Shown here piece by piece: positions 37,230 through 50,751 of a DNA stretch of 64,000 bases (positions within the stretch are counted from its first letter, which is position 1; the number at the start of each line of letters is the position of its first letter). Location: contig JALJEE010002335.1 in assembly GCA_023231475.1 (NCBI GenBank), forward strand, positions 1 to 64,000, given 5' to 3'. The notes under the pieces are model-generated. The model made no database searches and was not told the DNA's origin. It was given only the letters and a program-made list of their open reading frames with translations. The position numbers and the translations under genes were made by a program. The stretch is from Seison nebaliae (taxonomy: Eukaryota).

Positions 37230-40200
37230 ATGGGCATTGGCTTCCAATCAAAACCATATCCATATGTAGGTGCATCTGTCCAGATTTATCCAACCTCTTC
37301 AGTTTCGTCTAATTCGTCAATGATGAATTCTGCTACTCCGCTTAATACTCAACCAACTCTCCCAAATAATTCGTTCAATCGCAATGTTTTTTATCGTAGA
37401 TCGTTCGATCCAAAACTTAATCGGACAAATAGTTATTGCATCGGTGATGTAGTCAACTATTCATGGGATGATTCGACGAATAAAAATTATGAAGGTCAGC
37501 CTTTTATGACTGCTCCAGTATCAGCTGTCCCTCAAGCTGCTACTAAGACTCCTGGTAAAAGAATCAATTCAATCAATCAATTATTTCATCCGCTAAAAGA
37601 AAAGAATTTATCACCTATTAAATCGTTGAAGAATAGTCAGAATAAGAATGAGAATACAAGTAAAAGGAATTATTTAACATCACATCAAATTATTTCTCCA
37701 ATGGAAGTAATTGATGAAGTAGATCAGAGCAGAAATGTTAATTCTAGAAAGAATTTCCATAATTATGAAGAAGGAAATTTCGTTAAACGAAAATTCAATT
37801 TAGTTATGCAACAATATCGATTAGATCGTCATAATCGACATCGAAAGAATCGTGCAGATCAAAATGTTCAATCAAATCTGAGAAAAGCTTCTTCCGAAAA
37901 TTATTTATATTCTTCATCAATTATCAATCCAAATAATAATTCGAGAAAACAATCATTTTTCCGTTCAACTCGACAATTAACGAAAAATCGAACTATATCA
38001 AATAAGATAATTCGGACAAATAATAATATTTCAATTGACGAATCGCCATCATCAATTTTCAATGAAAATTACCTTGGAAGTACACCGTCTTCTAGGAAAA
38101 CAAGTCGTAGTTTCTTAAACACCTTCTTCCGACGATCAACGAAAGGACGAAAAAGTTTTGCCGGATATGCCAATCAGTCGAATAATGAATATAACAGTGT
38201 TCATGGTAAATGTGAGAAATCAGAGAACTTTTATTCGGTTACTGACGTCAGATATAACACAACGAAGAATACAATGCTCGATGAAGAAGAAATCGGTTAA
38301 TATTCCTTCAATTTAACTTCAGTTATCTTTCCTTTCCGCATTATTTTTCTCCTTATCCAAACTTCTCATTATTCAACTTCATCTTCTCATTGCGAATGAC
38401 GTCATTAGAGTAAAATTTATATAGAATAATGTTTGTAGCATTATCTCAATTTTTCTTTAAATTGATACGAAACTGTCTTCTATCATATTTTTCCTCTCAT
38501 TCCTTAAATTCTTTATTCGTTTCTTTCTTCTATATTACTAATCCGCATATGATGGTTTGAAATGACAATAGGTAAAATCGACATAAGTGTAATGAAGAGC
38601 TTGTTAAATTATCTGTAAATTTCTTTTTCTAAAGCAACTTCGTTAGAAGAGAAAAGTTCGAAGAACGGAGAAAGTTTCTTTATTATCTTTATGTTGAAAA
38701 GTTGTGAAAATTTTTTATTGTGTTATACAATAATATATATTCAGGTATCTACTTCTACTTCGTCGATTATTACCTCAAAAAATTAAATATTATTGGATAA
38801 TTTAAATATGTGTCTATGTGTGTCGACGCGTATAAGTTATGTGCTCATTTGTCTATTGAAGAGAAAGAAATGAGTACTCATTTTAATTTGGACCTGAATT
38901 TAGAAAGAAGATGAATTATATTTTTCATGAAGATGTCAAAAAGTCAAGTTCCTCTTTTCCGTCAAGCTCATCGAAAAAGATGACATATATCTCCATTTCT
39001 CGCATTGACACGAATTTGCACGAATGTACAATTCTAATTCGATTTGATGTAACATTATCGTCTTCTTCATAATTATTGGGAAATATTATTTGCTGTTTAG
39101 CTAATTTTTTTTGTATTTTCTTTCTAACATTTCAATCCATTCGTCTTGTTCCCGGGAACGCTATCCGACTGTTGCTCTTGACTATTCTCATTGTCATCAT
39201 TATCAACAAAACAACAACGATATTGAACTGATATTTTAAACAATTATCACAATGATTTACTCAACTATATTTGTTGATGAAAATAAATCATATGCAACAA
39301 CTAAACCGAAACGTGCATTCTCTTTATTTAATGGAATTGGACAAAATGGAAAAAAATTGGATCCGTCATCTACTATGTCATTCTGCCATCCACCAAATGA
39401 AAATTTTCAACGGAAATATCGTCATTCCTCCAAATCCGCCACAACACATCGACATCCTTTGTCATCATATTCAATTATTCAATTTAATTTGGAAGACGTT
39501 TCCCAAAGTGATCGATATCCAACTACTCTACCAATTAACATCAATGACCAATTATCTTATCAAAAAACTAAATCGACTGCTCACAATCAACAAAATCTTT
39601 TATTAACTACAAATAACTTATTTGACAGACAAAATAATAACACTAACAAAAACAATAGTAATAATAATAATCTTGAAAACAATTTAGAAAGATTAATACA
39701 AATTGATGATACGACTAGTTTACCGACAGATACGTTACTAACTGAGAATCCTCATTCATCAATCTTTCAACAGTCCACCAACTTTTTTGGAAAACAAAAG
39801 AAATCTTCACGAAAGAATACATTAAAGAAACATTTAGCTAATAATCGTCATCACGCTAATATTAAATTATCTGCTTGTCCACAAAAGTTCGTTGAAACCG
39901 TCCAACCAATTGATCAAAATAACACTCAACCCTTATATGAGAGTGACGCCGTTTATTACGATTCGAATCTCAAATCGAATGTCTATGGAAATACTTCCCA
40001 TCACACATTCACTACTCCGAATAATTCTTCAAAAATCTCTCAAAAATCTCTCTCACAATTTCATTTAAATCGAAAATCTCCACAAATTTATACTTCTTAT
40101 TACGAGAAAGGGAAATATTTCGATTCGATTTACGGCAACGATATAACTTCACCCGTCAATTCATTGACGCAACACGATTCTTATTCACCTTCATCCGTTG

Positions 40201-41364
40201 ATTCAAAAACGGATATCAGAATGCCATCCCATAATACGAAATCAAGCGGAAATCATTCAAGTAGTAAAGGACAAATGGGTAGTAGTCATAGTAGTAAGAA
40301 TCATTCAGCTTCTTTTACCAATGCCAATTTACCGGGAAACGGTAAGCATCGTGGAGTAGCAAGCGAAGCGTATCCGCACATTTCATCCGATCGATCTTCT
40401 TCCTTCAAAATGAATAGCCATGGTTCATCCAATTCTCTCTATCTGTTTTAATATATTTTTATCTCTTTTCCCTCTTACCGTCATCGTTCTCTGAATTGCA
40501 TATCATACTTGTGTCCTCCTCAAAACACACGTCCTTATCGATCAAACCGTAAAAACATATGTTTGTTGATGAATTCAATTAATTTATTTTAGATATGAAA
40601 TCCAACATGTATATGATGGATGCTCTAAGGAAAACCATCACTGATCTGGAAGACAAATTAACGAGTGAAACGAAAACGAATAAACAACTTAATAAGAAAC
40701 TGGATGAGATAGAGAAACGACAAAGACATTTAGCAGACGTTCTATCTTCATTCCCATTCGTTTTCTTTTAATCGTCCTACTTTTAGTCGTTAAGTGTTCC
40801 ATTATATAATCAAGAACATCAAAAACAACAACTACAATACACACAAGCGACATTAGAATGGCGTTCTAATCATTATGATCGTGTTAGTTACATCTAATTC
40901 TCATATAAATATGACGATTTTATTGTTCGAAGCAATTGGAAGAGTTTCGAGAAGGATTGCGTGTCCAACAAATGCAATTACAGGCCCAGAACAATGAAAT
41001 GTTACATATGAAATCACAATTACATGTTTTGATATCAGCTGTACAAGGTTTTCTCAGAATATTTTATTTCTCACTTATCTATTTTTCCGTCTAGAAATTC
41101 AAGTACGTCTTTATCAACATGGGGCTATTATAAGACATCAAGTCGAACATCTTTTGAGGTTTCTTCCTTTTTATTGAAAAAGTTCAACTAAGATTTTCTC
41201 TTTTTTCTAATAGACAAGGTGAAGATGGCAATGTTGATGGTGGCAGTCCCACACAATATAAACCTAGTAAAGTAAATAATGCCAATAGTCGCGCATCAGG
41301 TCCCATTATATCAGAAATTGAGGATGATGCAGATACCTCCATCAAAGACCATAAACGAAAATAA
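37230..41364 (+). CDS. Orphan gene: large disordered N-terminal exon(s) plus coiled-coil C-terminal exons
   Basis: ORFs 37119-38300 and 39252-40451 each end at a phase-1 GTT donor. Five small exons from 40593 splice in frame (DMKSNMYMMDALRKTITDLEDKL...QLEEFREGLRVQQMQLQ...DHKRK*). How the 5' exons connect is uncertain. Confidence 0.7.
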
Positions 41365-41485
41365 ACTTCTCTGGAAATTGTTATAATCTTCCCAATTTTT
41401 AAAAAAACGTTCTTTCTATTCTATAAATTAAGTCATTTATGCCATTTATAATTTCTTTAAATATTCAATTTTAAAAAATATATAC

Positions 41486-41558
41486 AACCCACGGCGGGAC
41501 TTGAACCCGCAATCTTCGGTTTAGGAGACCGACGCCTTGTCCATTAGGCCACGCGGGC
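41486..41558 (-). tRNA. tRNA-Arg (anticodon CCT), copy 1
   Basis: GCCCGCGTGGCCTAATGGACAAGGCGTCGGT-CTCCTAA-ACCGAAGATTGCGGGTTCAAGTCCCGCCGTGGGT-T folds as a cloverleaf. A and B boxes are present, with a T6 Pol III terminator downstream. Confidence 0.95.
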
Positions 41559-42091
41559 TTCGATGTTATGGTAAGTTTTCTGCTTTTTAATGACAATTTT
41601 CAAAATATAATATGACATGAAAAATTGGTGATATCCATCTTATTATTTACATATTATTTAAAATATACTTACTTGTTAGATCAGAATTTACTGCAATGGA
41701 AAGAATAATGTTGAACTGTCTTGTTATTGTTGGAAATTAATAATATCTCTAATTATTCTTATTATTAAAATTGTATTTTAATCGTAACTTCAATAAAATG
41801 CATATGTCATCCATATACAATGAAACTTCTCAAGTTCTTAATAAAAGCGACGAAAGAAATTAAAATGTTATAAATGTGGATGTTTTTTTCTAAAAACTTG
41901 AATATTTATCGTCCAGTTTTCATCAGCGATATGGATTGTTTGTTATCGAAATCGTATAAATTAATTTCACTTACAATTTTGAGTATTTCATTATAATTAG
42001 ACCAATAATATTCATAGTCATCAATAGACCAATAGTCATCACATTATGATTAGCAAAATTGAATTAGTTTGGAAAATTGAAAAAATTTTTT

Positions 42092-42164
42092 TACCCACGG
42101 CGGGACTTGAACCCGCAATCTTCGGTTTAGGAGACCGACGCCTTATCCATTAGGCCACGCGGGC
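42092..42164 (-). tRNA. tRNA-Arg (anticodon CCT), copy 2
   Basis: Same as copy 1 except a D-loop C>T change and discriminator A. T6 terminator at 42080-42085. Confidence 0.95.
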
Positions 42165-42562
42165 TCCACCAGGATGACAAATAATCGATATTTGTATAAT
42201 AAATTATTTTGTCTAAAATAATTTCTCTTCAAAAAATGTTTGATACCAAAAGTAATTTTTTGTCGAAGAATAAGAAATAGAAGAATTTTAGTGTAGAAAT
42301 GAATTATGATCATATTAAATTTATTTATCTTAGAAAACAAATACTATGCTTTTGAATTTATTTACATACAATGCTGATTTGCCGTAGAGTTGCAATAAAT
42401 GAGAATTGACTTTAGATGATAAATGGACAAGAATGGATTAGAATAAATAAAAATTAAATTGCATTTGCATAATGTAAATTTTCTCAATTATAATTCGTCA
42501 AATTAGCAGCGGCACATGAATGGTATAGATGGAACCGGGATAAATTTGAAGAAAAATATTGA

Positions 42563-43378
42563 TTAGATCAAAGAAGCATTTTCATCCGGAATATCCAAAT
42601 GACTCTCATTTAATATTTCTAGTCTGGCCAATAGTTCCTGATTCTAGAAGGAAAAGAATAAAAAATAGTTTTTATAAGAATTTCGATGATGAAACAACAA
42701 ACAATTCTTTCAAGATAAGCTATCTTTTGTTTCAGTTCACCAACTTCTTGAATAGTTTCAGCTTTCTTCAATCGTTGCATGACACTCTCCTCCAAACATT
42801 TTGCTTCAACTTCTTTTGTACTGAAGGTCAAATTCTAATTTATTGGAATTAATAACATATTAGTGATTAAAAGAAAAGAGAAATAAACTTTTAATTCAAC
42901 TTTCAACAGTTTGATTTCTTCCGTCAATTGAGTCATTGAAGAACGTAATGATTTGATTTCGCTGTCTTGCCTCTTAATCTGTTTGTAGGCGATTAAAGTC
43001 TGCAGATGTTTATCTCTCAAGTCATTCTTCTGTTGGAAGAGTTCGGCTTGTAATAACTTTTCTTTCATTTTGAGAGAAATTAAATTTTGTTCAATCGATT
43101 TCGAGGATCGTCCATCCACCATCGAACGTTCGTTGGAAGATGATGAAGATGTTGTCGTTGTTATTGTTGTGGGCGATGGTGAAATGGTGTCGTTGTTAAT
43201 TATAAGATCTTTTAATTGATCGAATCGTTGTTGGATTGTTGATTTACGTTCACTGGAATTAGAGCTACTTCCACTCAATGAACATCGACTAGAATCACTT
43301 GAAATTGATAGAATCTCATCAGATTGTAATCGTTGAATCGATAGTTGTCCATCAAAACTTCCCATACTCTTACAACTA

Positions 43379-43410
<32 letters not shown>

Positions 43411-43411
43411 T

Positions 43412-43464
<53 letters not shown>

Positions 43465-46400
43465 TACGTCAAGATTATTCGTTAATTCTGTCGAATGTTT
43501 TGCAGCGAATTTATGCCAATCATTATTCAATTGAATTAACGCTTTCTTCAACTTTACAATATTTCTTTTTAGTTCCATTTTATCTTTTTCTAATAAACCA
43601 ATTTTCATTTGTAATTGTTCAATGAATAATGATGCATGTCTTATATTCTCTTCCGCCTTCTTCTCATTAAGTTCATCCATTTCATCTTCACACTGATAAT
43701 CAGAGAGTAAATCTGTTTTATTTTTCAATTCGAATCGATTATCCACCAATTCCGATTGTAATGATAATAATTCATTCTTCAATTCTCCTATCATATCCAC
43801 ATGCTCCGAACATTGTTCACATTCAATTTTAATATTGTTGTTGTTGTTATTGTTGGGAGTGGTAGCGGTGGTGATATTGTGAATGGCGTTTGTATTATGA
43901 AAATTGAATTTCTTCTCATTTGTCAAATCCAAATTCTTATTATTCGTATTGAGAGATGATGTTAAACTTATCGAATTTTTTAAAACGGAAAAAAATGTAT
44001 TTGAACTGACTGATGATTTTCGTTCGCTTTTCTCATTCATATTTCCATTCATATTATTATTTTCATTAATATCCATGCGATCTTCAGATCGTGTTTTTTG
44101 ATGATTTCCTATCCGAACTTCGTCGGTCATCAACGGTTTCTTCATCATTGTCGATAGCTCATTCCTTAAATGACATATCGATTCAGCTTGTTGTGCCGAA
44201 TCGATTTGTCCTTGAATTAGTCGACCAGCTAAATCGGCATTCTCCTTCTCCAAATGATCGACACGTTCATTCAATAGTCGATTTTCTGTTCTCAATCGCT
44301 AAAGATGAAAATATTCAAAAGAAGAAAAACTAAAATAAAATGTTAACTCGAATCTCAACTTGTTCTTCTTGTTCTTGTTTTCTGGTGAGAAGGAATTGCT
44401 TTTCGCGACGTTTCATTCGTTTTTCATTCAGTTTCAATGAACGTGCACGTTCTATCAATTCCGCTCCACCTAGTAGATTGGCTGAATATTCTGATTCTTC
44501 CGGATCCATAATCGTATTAAATGCTGGATTAACAGACACTCCTGATTGATCACTAATTTCGGTCAGTTGAGAATTATTTTGGTCAGAAGATACATTTGAT
44601 GTATCTGTAGACGTATCAGTTCCATTAACTGGCGGTGTAGTAACAGTTAATTCGCGTTGAAAGTACTGAAAGAAAAGATAAATTAGTTTTCAGTACAAAA
44701 TTCAAAAAATTCAAAATTTAAGAAATTTTTTCTTTTAGTTTTATTTCATTAAAATTTCAAGTAATTAACTACCTCTTTGCTGAGTGAGATTGCTTTCGAT
44801 AGCATTGTCTCATTTCAGATGATCATCAGAAATTGGCTTTCTTTTATTTCGTCTTAAACGAAGTTAATTGGAAATTTATTCAGTTTATTCACTAATATTC
44901 TTCTTTTCAAAATTTGACTGACAAAAATTCTGTTTATACGTTTGTTTTTTCGGGAGAATGAAGAGAAATTGTTATTGAAATTTTTGAGAGATAAGAAGAC
45001 AATAGATTGAGAGAAACGAGGTTAAAGAAATGGTGAATGGTTGATGGATGAATAGTTAAATAGATTTCAACGTTAACAATAATAATTGTTTATAGTTTTA
45101 AGAAAATTGCTAGAAATTATCGTCATCGAAAATTGGTTTTCCATTGAAGAACTATTAATTTATAAAGATCAAGTTTTTATGAAGAGAACGATGAAGAGAT
45201 ATCGATATCCATGATTGAAATGATAAGATATTGATCGATGCACGAATATTATTTAATTGATTAGCGAAGCGAATGATAAAGTTTAAATTGATGAAATGAA
45301 ACGATTCGAGAGCTCATCATCTCCATCAAAGATAAATCAATTTGGGAAAGATGGTGAAGATAAAGCATTTAACAAATTTGAAGATTTGGTAAAGGAAGGA
45401 TCGTTAGAAAGGCGTATAGTGATGGGAGAAGAACCAAACGATAATGAACGTGATGACAAGAAACTTGAAGAAAATTATTTCAAAAAAATTCATCAAACTA
45501 CTTAGCAGATGATGACATCATATCTCCTTCCGGTTCACATACACACTTTGCATGTATACGTTTATCGGATCTGTAGATAATCAAGATTCGACATTGATAC
45601 GGAAGAAAGTTGAACGAACAAAAAAAAAAAGAAGAAATGAAACATCTTCCGAGAAAGTTGTAGGATGGAAAGAATATGACATAATAAGGAAATGTTGAGA
45701 AAGTCGAAGAAACAGTAAAAGGTAATTTGGCAAGATGAGTGTCGGGATGGAAAAGAAGGAGAAATTTATTAGAGAAGATTTAATAATTTACAATGGTAAT
45801 CGATATCCCGATAATTTAGCATGGTCTAATCTCCTCCAAATCTCCATTTGAAATGAGTTCACGTAATATCATTATTGATTTCATTAATAATTTGACAATT
45901 ACATTAGGAACATTAAGATCATGAAATTTGGATGTTGGAGAGAAGGGAGAGACAAAGAAATAAGAAATAAATAGTTATTCATTATAAATATGTTCTGACT
46001 GGACAATAATGGAAGGGAGATGGCCTTGACTATCTATCAATAAGTTGCAGACCTTCAACATCCTGAATTATAATCATCTAATACTACTTTTTCTACTATT
46101 AGTCATTTGGTACGATCATTCTAAATTAAATCTTTCTCCTACTCGATGTGATGCATCGAATGTCATTCAATCGAATGAAGAATCGATTAAACAACATGTT
46201 CTGATTCACGCTCTGATTCATGATAGTTCAAGGACCATCCAACTAACTTTTTTTTTCTCGTCTTAATGAGTCTGATAAATGATAATGAATGAACATCTTT
46301 AAAACAGAGTATGCTAAATTATTTTCTCCTTCAATTTTCTCGGACATTTTCCTTACACTGTTGTATAATACATGTAACCATTTCATGTTATACTAGTCCA

Positions 46401-49400
46401 CTTAAATAAGGAAATCGAAACCATCTGACTCGTTCCATATTCCGATATACCAATTATTCATTTCTCCTTAACTACAATATTCTTATCTAGAAATCTATTA
46501 CAAACTCTTGTTGTTCTCGAATTCTTCTGTAACAGGAGTTCCTTCATGTGAAGGAGAAAGAAAAAGTTTGAGGAGAAAATTTGAAAGGAAAATTTTGAGA
46601 AACAAATTTAAATTTCATCTCAACTTTCTGTTTTATCTTCAGTTTACTTCTTCCGATACATTCTTTACATATTGGAAACTAATTTTTAGAGTTTGACTCA
46701 ATGAAATATAATTCTAGTAAACGAAGGAAAAGGTAAAAGGAAAAAATTTACATTTTCATTCATCGTTATCAAAAATTACATTTCGATGATTACTATCTCA
46801 TCAATTTTCTTCTTCATCTCTTTCACTCACTCAATTCTTCGTTTATTTATTCATAAAATCTATTTTCATTATCATACTCATTATGATCATTAATAATATT
46901 ATTCAGTTTTTGTTTAACGTCAAAAAATTATCTAAACAGTAAATAATTAAATTTCTGAATATTTTTATTTTACTTTCGCAAGAAAAAAGATCGCGTAAGA
47001 AATGTTTGATAAACATCCCATATCTTCCATCCTCCTTCCAATTATTATCCAATCGAAGAAAAACACTTTTCTTTTGGAAGATGAATTTATTAAAATTATT
47101 CCCAATAATTATTGACGTTCAATTGATTATGTAACTGGTTTTTTATTGATATGAATTACACTGAACACAACTGCATGAATGTGATACGTGAAGATTTTTT
47201 TTGTAACAAATGGACTTGATGAAGTAGAACATTATCATTTGTTGATTTATTTGGGGAGTTTCAGATAAAAAAAAAAAGGTGAGTTTGAAGAGTTAATGGA
47301 ATAAATATATTCCATTCCAATCGAACTAAATACATTTTCATGATAATATTCATCATGAAGACGATGAGTGAATAGAAATTAAAGAAATTGTTAAATAATT
47401 TTCCTTCAATTCACTATCAATATTTTGTCTTCGATTACTTTTCCTTTCGATTCGGCTACTAGCAACTGTTGACTAATTTATCATAGTCTCCCTCCTTTCT
47501 TTTATTAAATGGCACCCCAAACAATAACAATAACAATCAGTCAATGGAATTAGAATTTGTGAAGTAATGATATCAAAATAATTCCTTTCACGTAAAATAA
47601 TCGGAGAAATTTGAATCGAATGTGAATGGAATATCCGTAATCATATTTCTCCTAAAATAAAGTGAATTGAAAAGAAAAATGATTTTGAAGATTTCTTGCT
47701 ACTCTTCTCCTCTCCATTCACTCTCAATGGTGATTAATGACTAGTTGTAACGGAATGAGGAAAAACGTCAATCGCACTGATGGTTGAAACACAACAATTC
47801 TTTTTTTTTTGGAAGCTTCCCTCTATCATAGAATACTATCAAATGAAATAAAATCATTTCAATTCTCCCTATATCACCATCAATAACATTGAATTCGACC
47901 ATCATCATTGGAATTGTATGTGAAAACGAATGAAAACATCCGCAGTTCCTATTAGCAGTATTATTCGTCTTCAATATTGACAGTCTTCCTCAAAAAACAA
48001 TGTTTTAGATGTGGATGATAAATGGAAAATTATTTAAATAAACAAACAACCATTTCATTAAATTTAATCTCTAATATCAGATGACTGGATTACACTCATT
48101 AAATTCCATCACTTTCATTATCATCAACATGATTATTAGTAGTGAATTCTAGAGATTATTGATGGAATAATATTGCATCAGAATAAATGATGAAGAATGT
48201 GGGAATACGAGAAATGAAAAGGAGAATTTGGAACATTATGTCACAAAAATAATCAAAGTATTATTAATAAAAGTTGATGATATGACGAATTATTTTCGCC
48301 GTTCGATGTTACAACATTATGACTGTTCCTTTCGACAAACATGCCTATATGCGTATATACATAACAGGATGGTAATTATTATAATATAATGGCAGAACAT
48401 ATATCACAGGCAACACATAGAGAAAGATATGAAAGTGTAATTCAAATTTTTGTTGATCGAACGACATCAAGAATTTGATGTATTCTTCTTCGGGTACATT
48501 GATTCGCGGAGAGATCGACTATCGAATGTAAGAAAAAAGAAATAGAAAGAATGAAAGAATTGTGAAAGATATTAGTAGAGAAAGTATTTATGGACACATA
48601 ATAGAAGAAAGAATGTGGAAAATTATCATTCTTATGATTATACGAATTATGTTATAATAGTTCGATTTATATTCCATCGATCTTTGATGGTTTTCTTATC
48701 GGTTCTTCCCCTCTAACGTAATTCTTCACCATATACAACGTCTTCCTAGTCATAACGTCTTATTCTAGCAAACGACTAGTGGAGTGGATGAAGTGAATAT
48801 TATCGGAGGAATGAATGGAGCAAGATCGTAGCGTTTTTAAAGAAAAAGAAAATTGTTTCCATTCGCCTATTTTGCGGTAATCGAGTAAGATGGAGAGAGG
48901 GGGATGGAGGCAATTTCATTGTTCATTCAACTTTTCCCATTATCGACGTTGTCGAATTAATGACGCTACACTTCAGAAATATTATCGAAAAAGAATTGTA
49001 GGTGATTCCTTCCCCCTCTTCCACAAAAAAAAAGAACATGACGTGATTTAGGAAATAGAGAAAAAAAATACGGAAATCAGACAAATCAACTTAAAGAATT
49101 TGTGAATAGAACGCGTGATTTCATCGATAAATGAACGACTCTTACGACTAGTTCCATTCTCGAATCTTCTTAAAAATTAGTTCCCTAACTCCTCATTCAT
49201 GACAAAAAACGGGTTTTTTTTTTAATTTACTCTCTTCCACTTAATCCCTGATTGTATGACAATTAACAAATATTACTTGAAATTTAAAGATAAAGAAGGA
49301 AAAACGAATTTCCATTCAGTTTACTCTCTACCATCCACATTCCCTCTCAATCAATTATTCAATTAAATCAATTTTTCTAATTCGAAATTTCGAATATTTT

Positions 49401-50751
49401 CTTATTTCAAATAAATAAATATTAAACCATCAACATTTCTTCCATGTCCAATTCTAATAATTTTGATTGATGATGTTCCAATAAGACTAATGCTATTCGA
49501 TAGATGATATTCAATCCGTCACAAAGGAAACAGTCCATTATACGACAAGAAACGGTCAATGGAAGTACAGCGGAGAATAATGTGAGAAACCATCGAGATG
49601 CATACATCGACGTTTTCATTTGATATAGAGCAAAATGAGAGGCGAGTTGAGGAAGATGTTCATCGATTAACATCTCCAATTGATAGATGCAAAGTCGTAA
49701 TTGCAACATGTCCGGTTTGTACATGTTCCTTAATCCATATCGTTTATCTTCCATCAATTTCACAAATATACTAAATGCATCTTCTTCCGGTAGATGGAGT
49801 AATAATAATCCAACAATAAATCCACTTCCTTGACAATAGCCGACTTCTCGATCATGTAACGAATAAGCTTTCATTACATTAAATAAAGACTCTTGACCAA
49901 TTCCATTTTGTGATTTGAAGAATGAATGTTTCGGATAAGTTCTTGCTAAATCTCGTCTAATAATCTTCTCACTGGGTGATTTCTCTTTCAAATAATTGAT
50001 ATATTTCTCTCTTAAATAATTTTGATCGATTCCGATATTGTTCGCTTTCATCTGTTGATTTGGTAGGGAGAAGAGTGTTGTTGCAAAATTGTTGACGGAC
50101 GAAGGAATTGTCGTCGATTTAGATGAATGACAAGTGATGGCATTACTCAATAATTGCCAAATAATTGGACGGAAATGTGCTGGTATTCCATATGCGTACA
50201 CCATCAACACAGTGTAATCTCGACATATTTTCACATTTTTACTCCACGTATTTGCTATTTCTGCCCATATCTCCCATTCTAAAATGTCATCGGGCTCCTC
50301 TTTCCGTATATCTCTCTCACAATGAAACTTTTGGGGATATCTCTTTCGAATCTCCTTCAAATATTCGATTCGACAATTGATATTTCCACCACCTCCACCA
50401 CCCACTCGAATTGGATTGTTAATTGCCGATGTCGATCCATGAGATGATGACGATTGTTTCATTATCTGTTTATTAATGGGTGATTTATTATTACCTTCAT
50501 TCTTCTGTGTGGATAATATGACATTGCTGGCACTACGCACATGACCAGAACTGCTTCGATTCTTCATGGAATCAATTGCATCTTTCGATTTGACATCATT
50601 CATCAATTTACTAAAATTTGCATTATTATTATAGAGAAATTGAATTAAATTAATTTATTAACTGATTAGCTTGGTCTAATTCTTGTAATAGATGTTCGAT
50701 ATTCGGTTGCAAGACGAGTTCAGGGGGATTAATTTCGTCATTTGATTTCAT
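42563..50751 (-). CDS. EVI5: EVI5-like TBC-domain Rab GTPase-activating protein with coiled-coil tail, 6 exons
   Basis: GIPAHFRPIIWQLL, IIRRDLARTYP (Arg finger), GQESLFNVMKAYSLHDREVGYCQGSGFIVGLLL (Gln finger), MYASRWFLTLF and RLRTENRLLNERVDHLEKENADLAGRLIQGQ. A large intron spans 44666-49427. Confidence 0.93.
43381..43463 (-). repeat. (AAT)n microsatellite encoding poly-Asn within EVI5
   Basis: About 27 ATT units on the + strand with a single interruption, in frame in ORF 42835-44295. Confidence 0.95.

Noticed and set aside
38395..38406. Palindromic CRE-like site AATGACGTCATT
   Set aside because: A single short motif; TGACGTCA also occurs inside coding sequence, so chance cannot be excluded.
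43299..43625. Poly-Tyr ORF
   Set aside because: Antisense reading of the (AAT)n poly-Asn tract in EVI5.
1589..50751. Fragmented ORFs as evidence of an alternative genetic code or pseudogenes
   Set aside because: All breaks in host genes are resolved by short GT-AG introns under the standard code.
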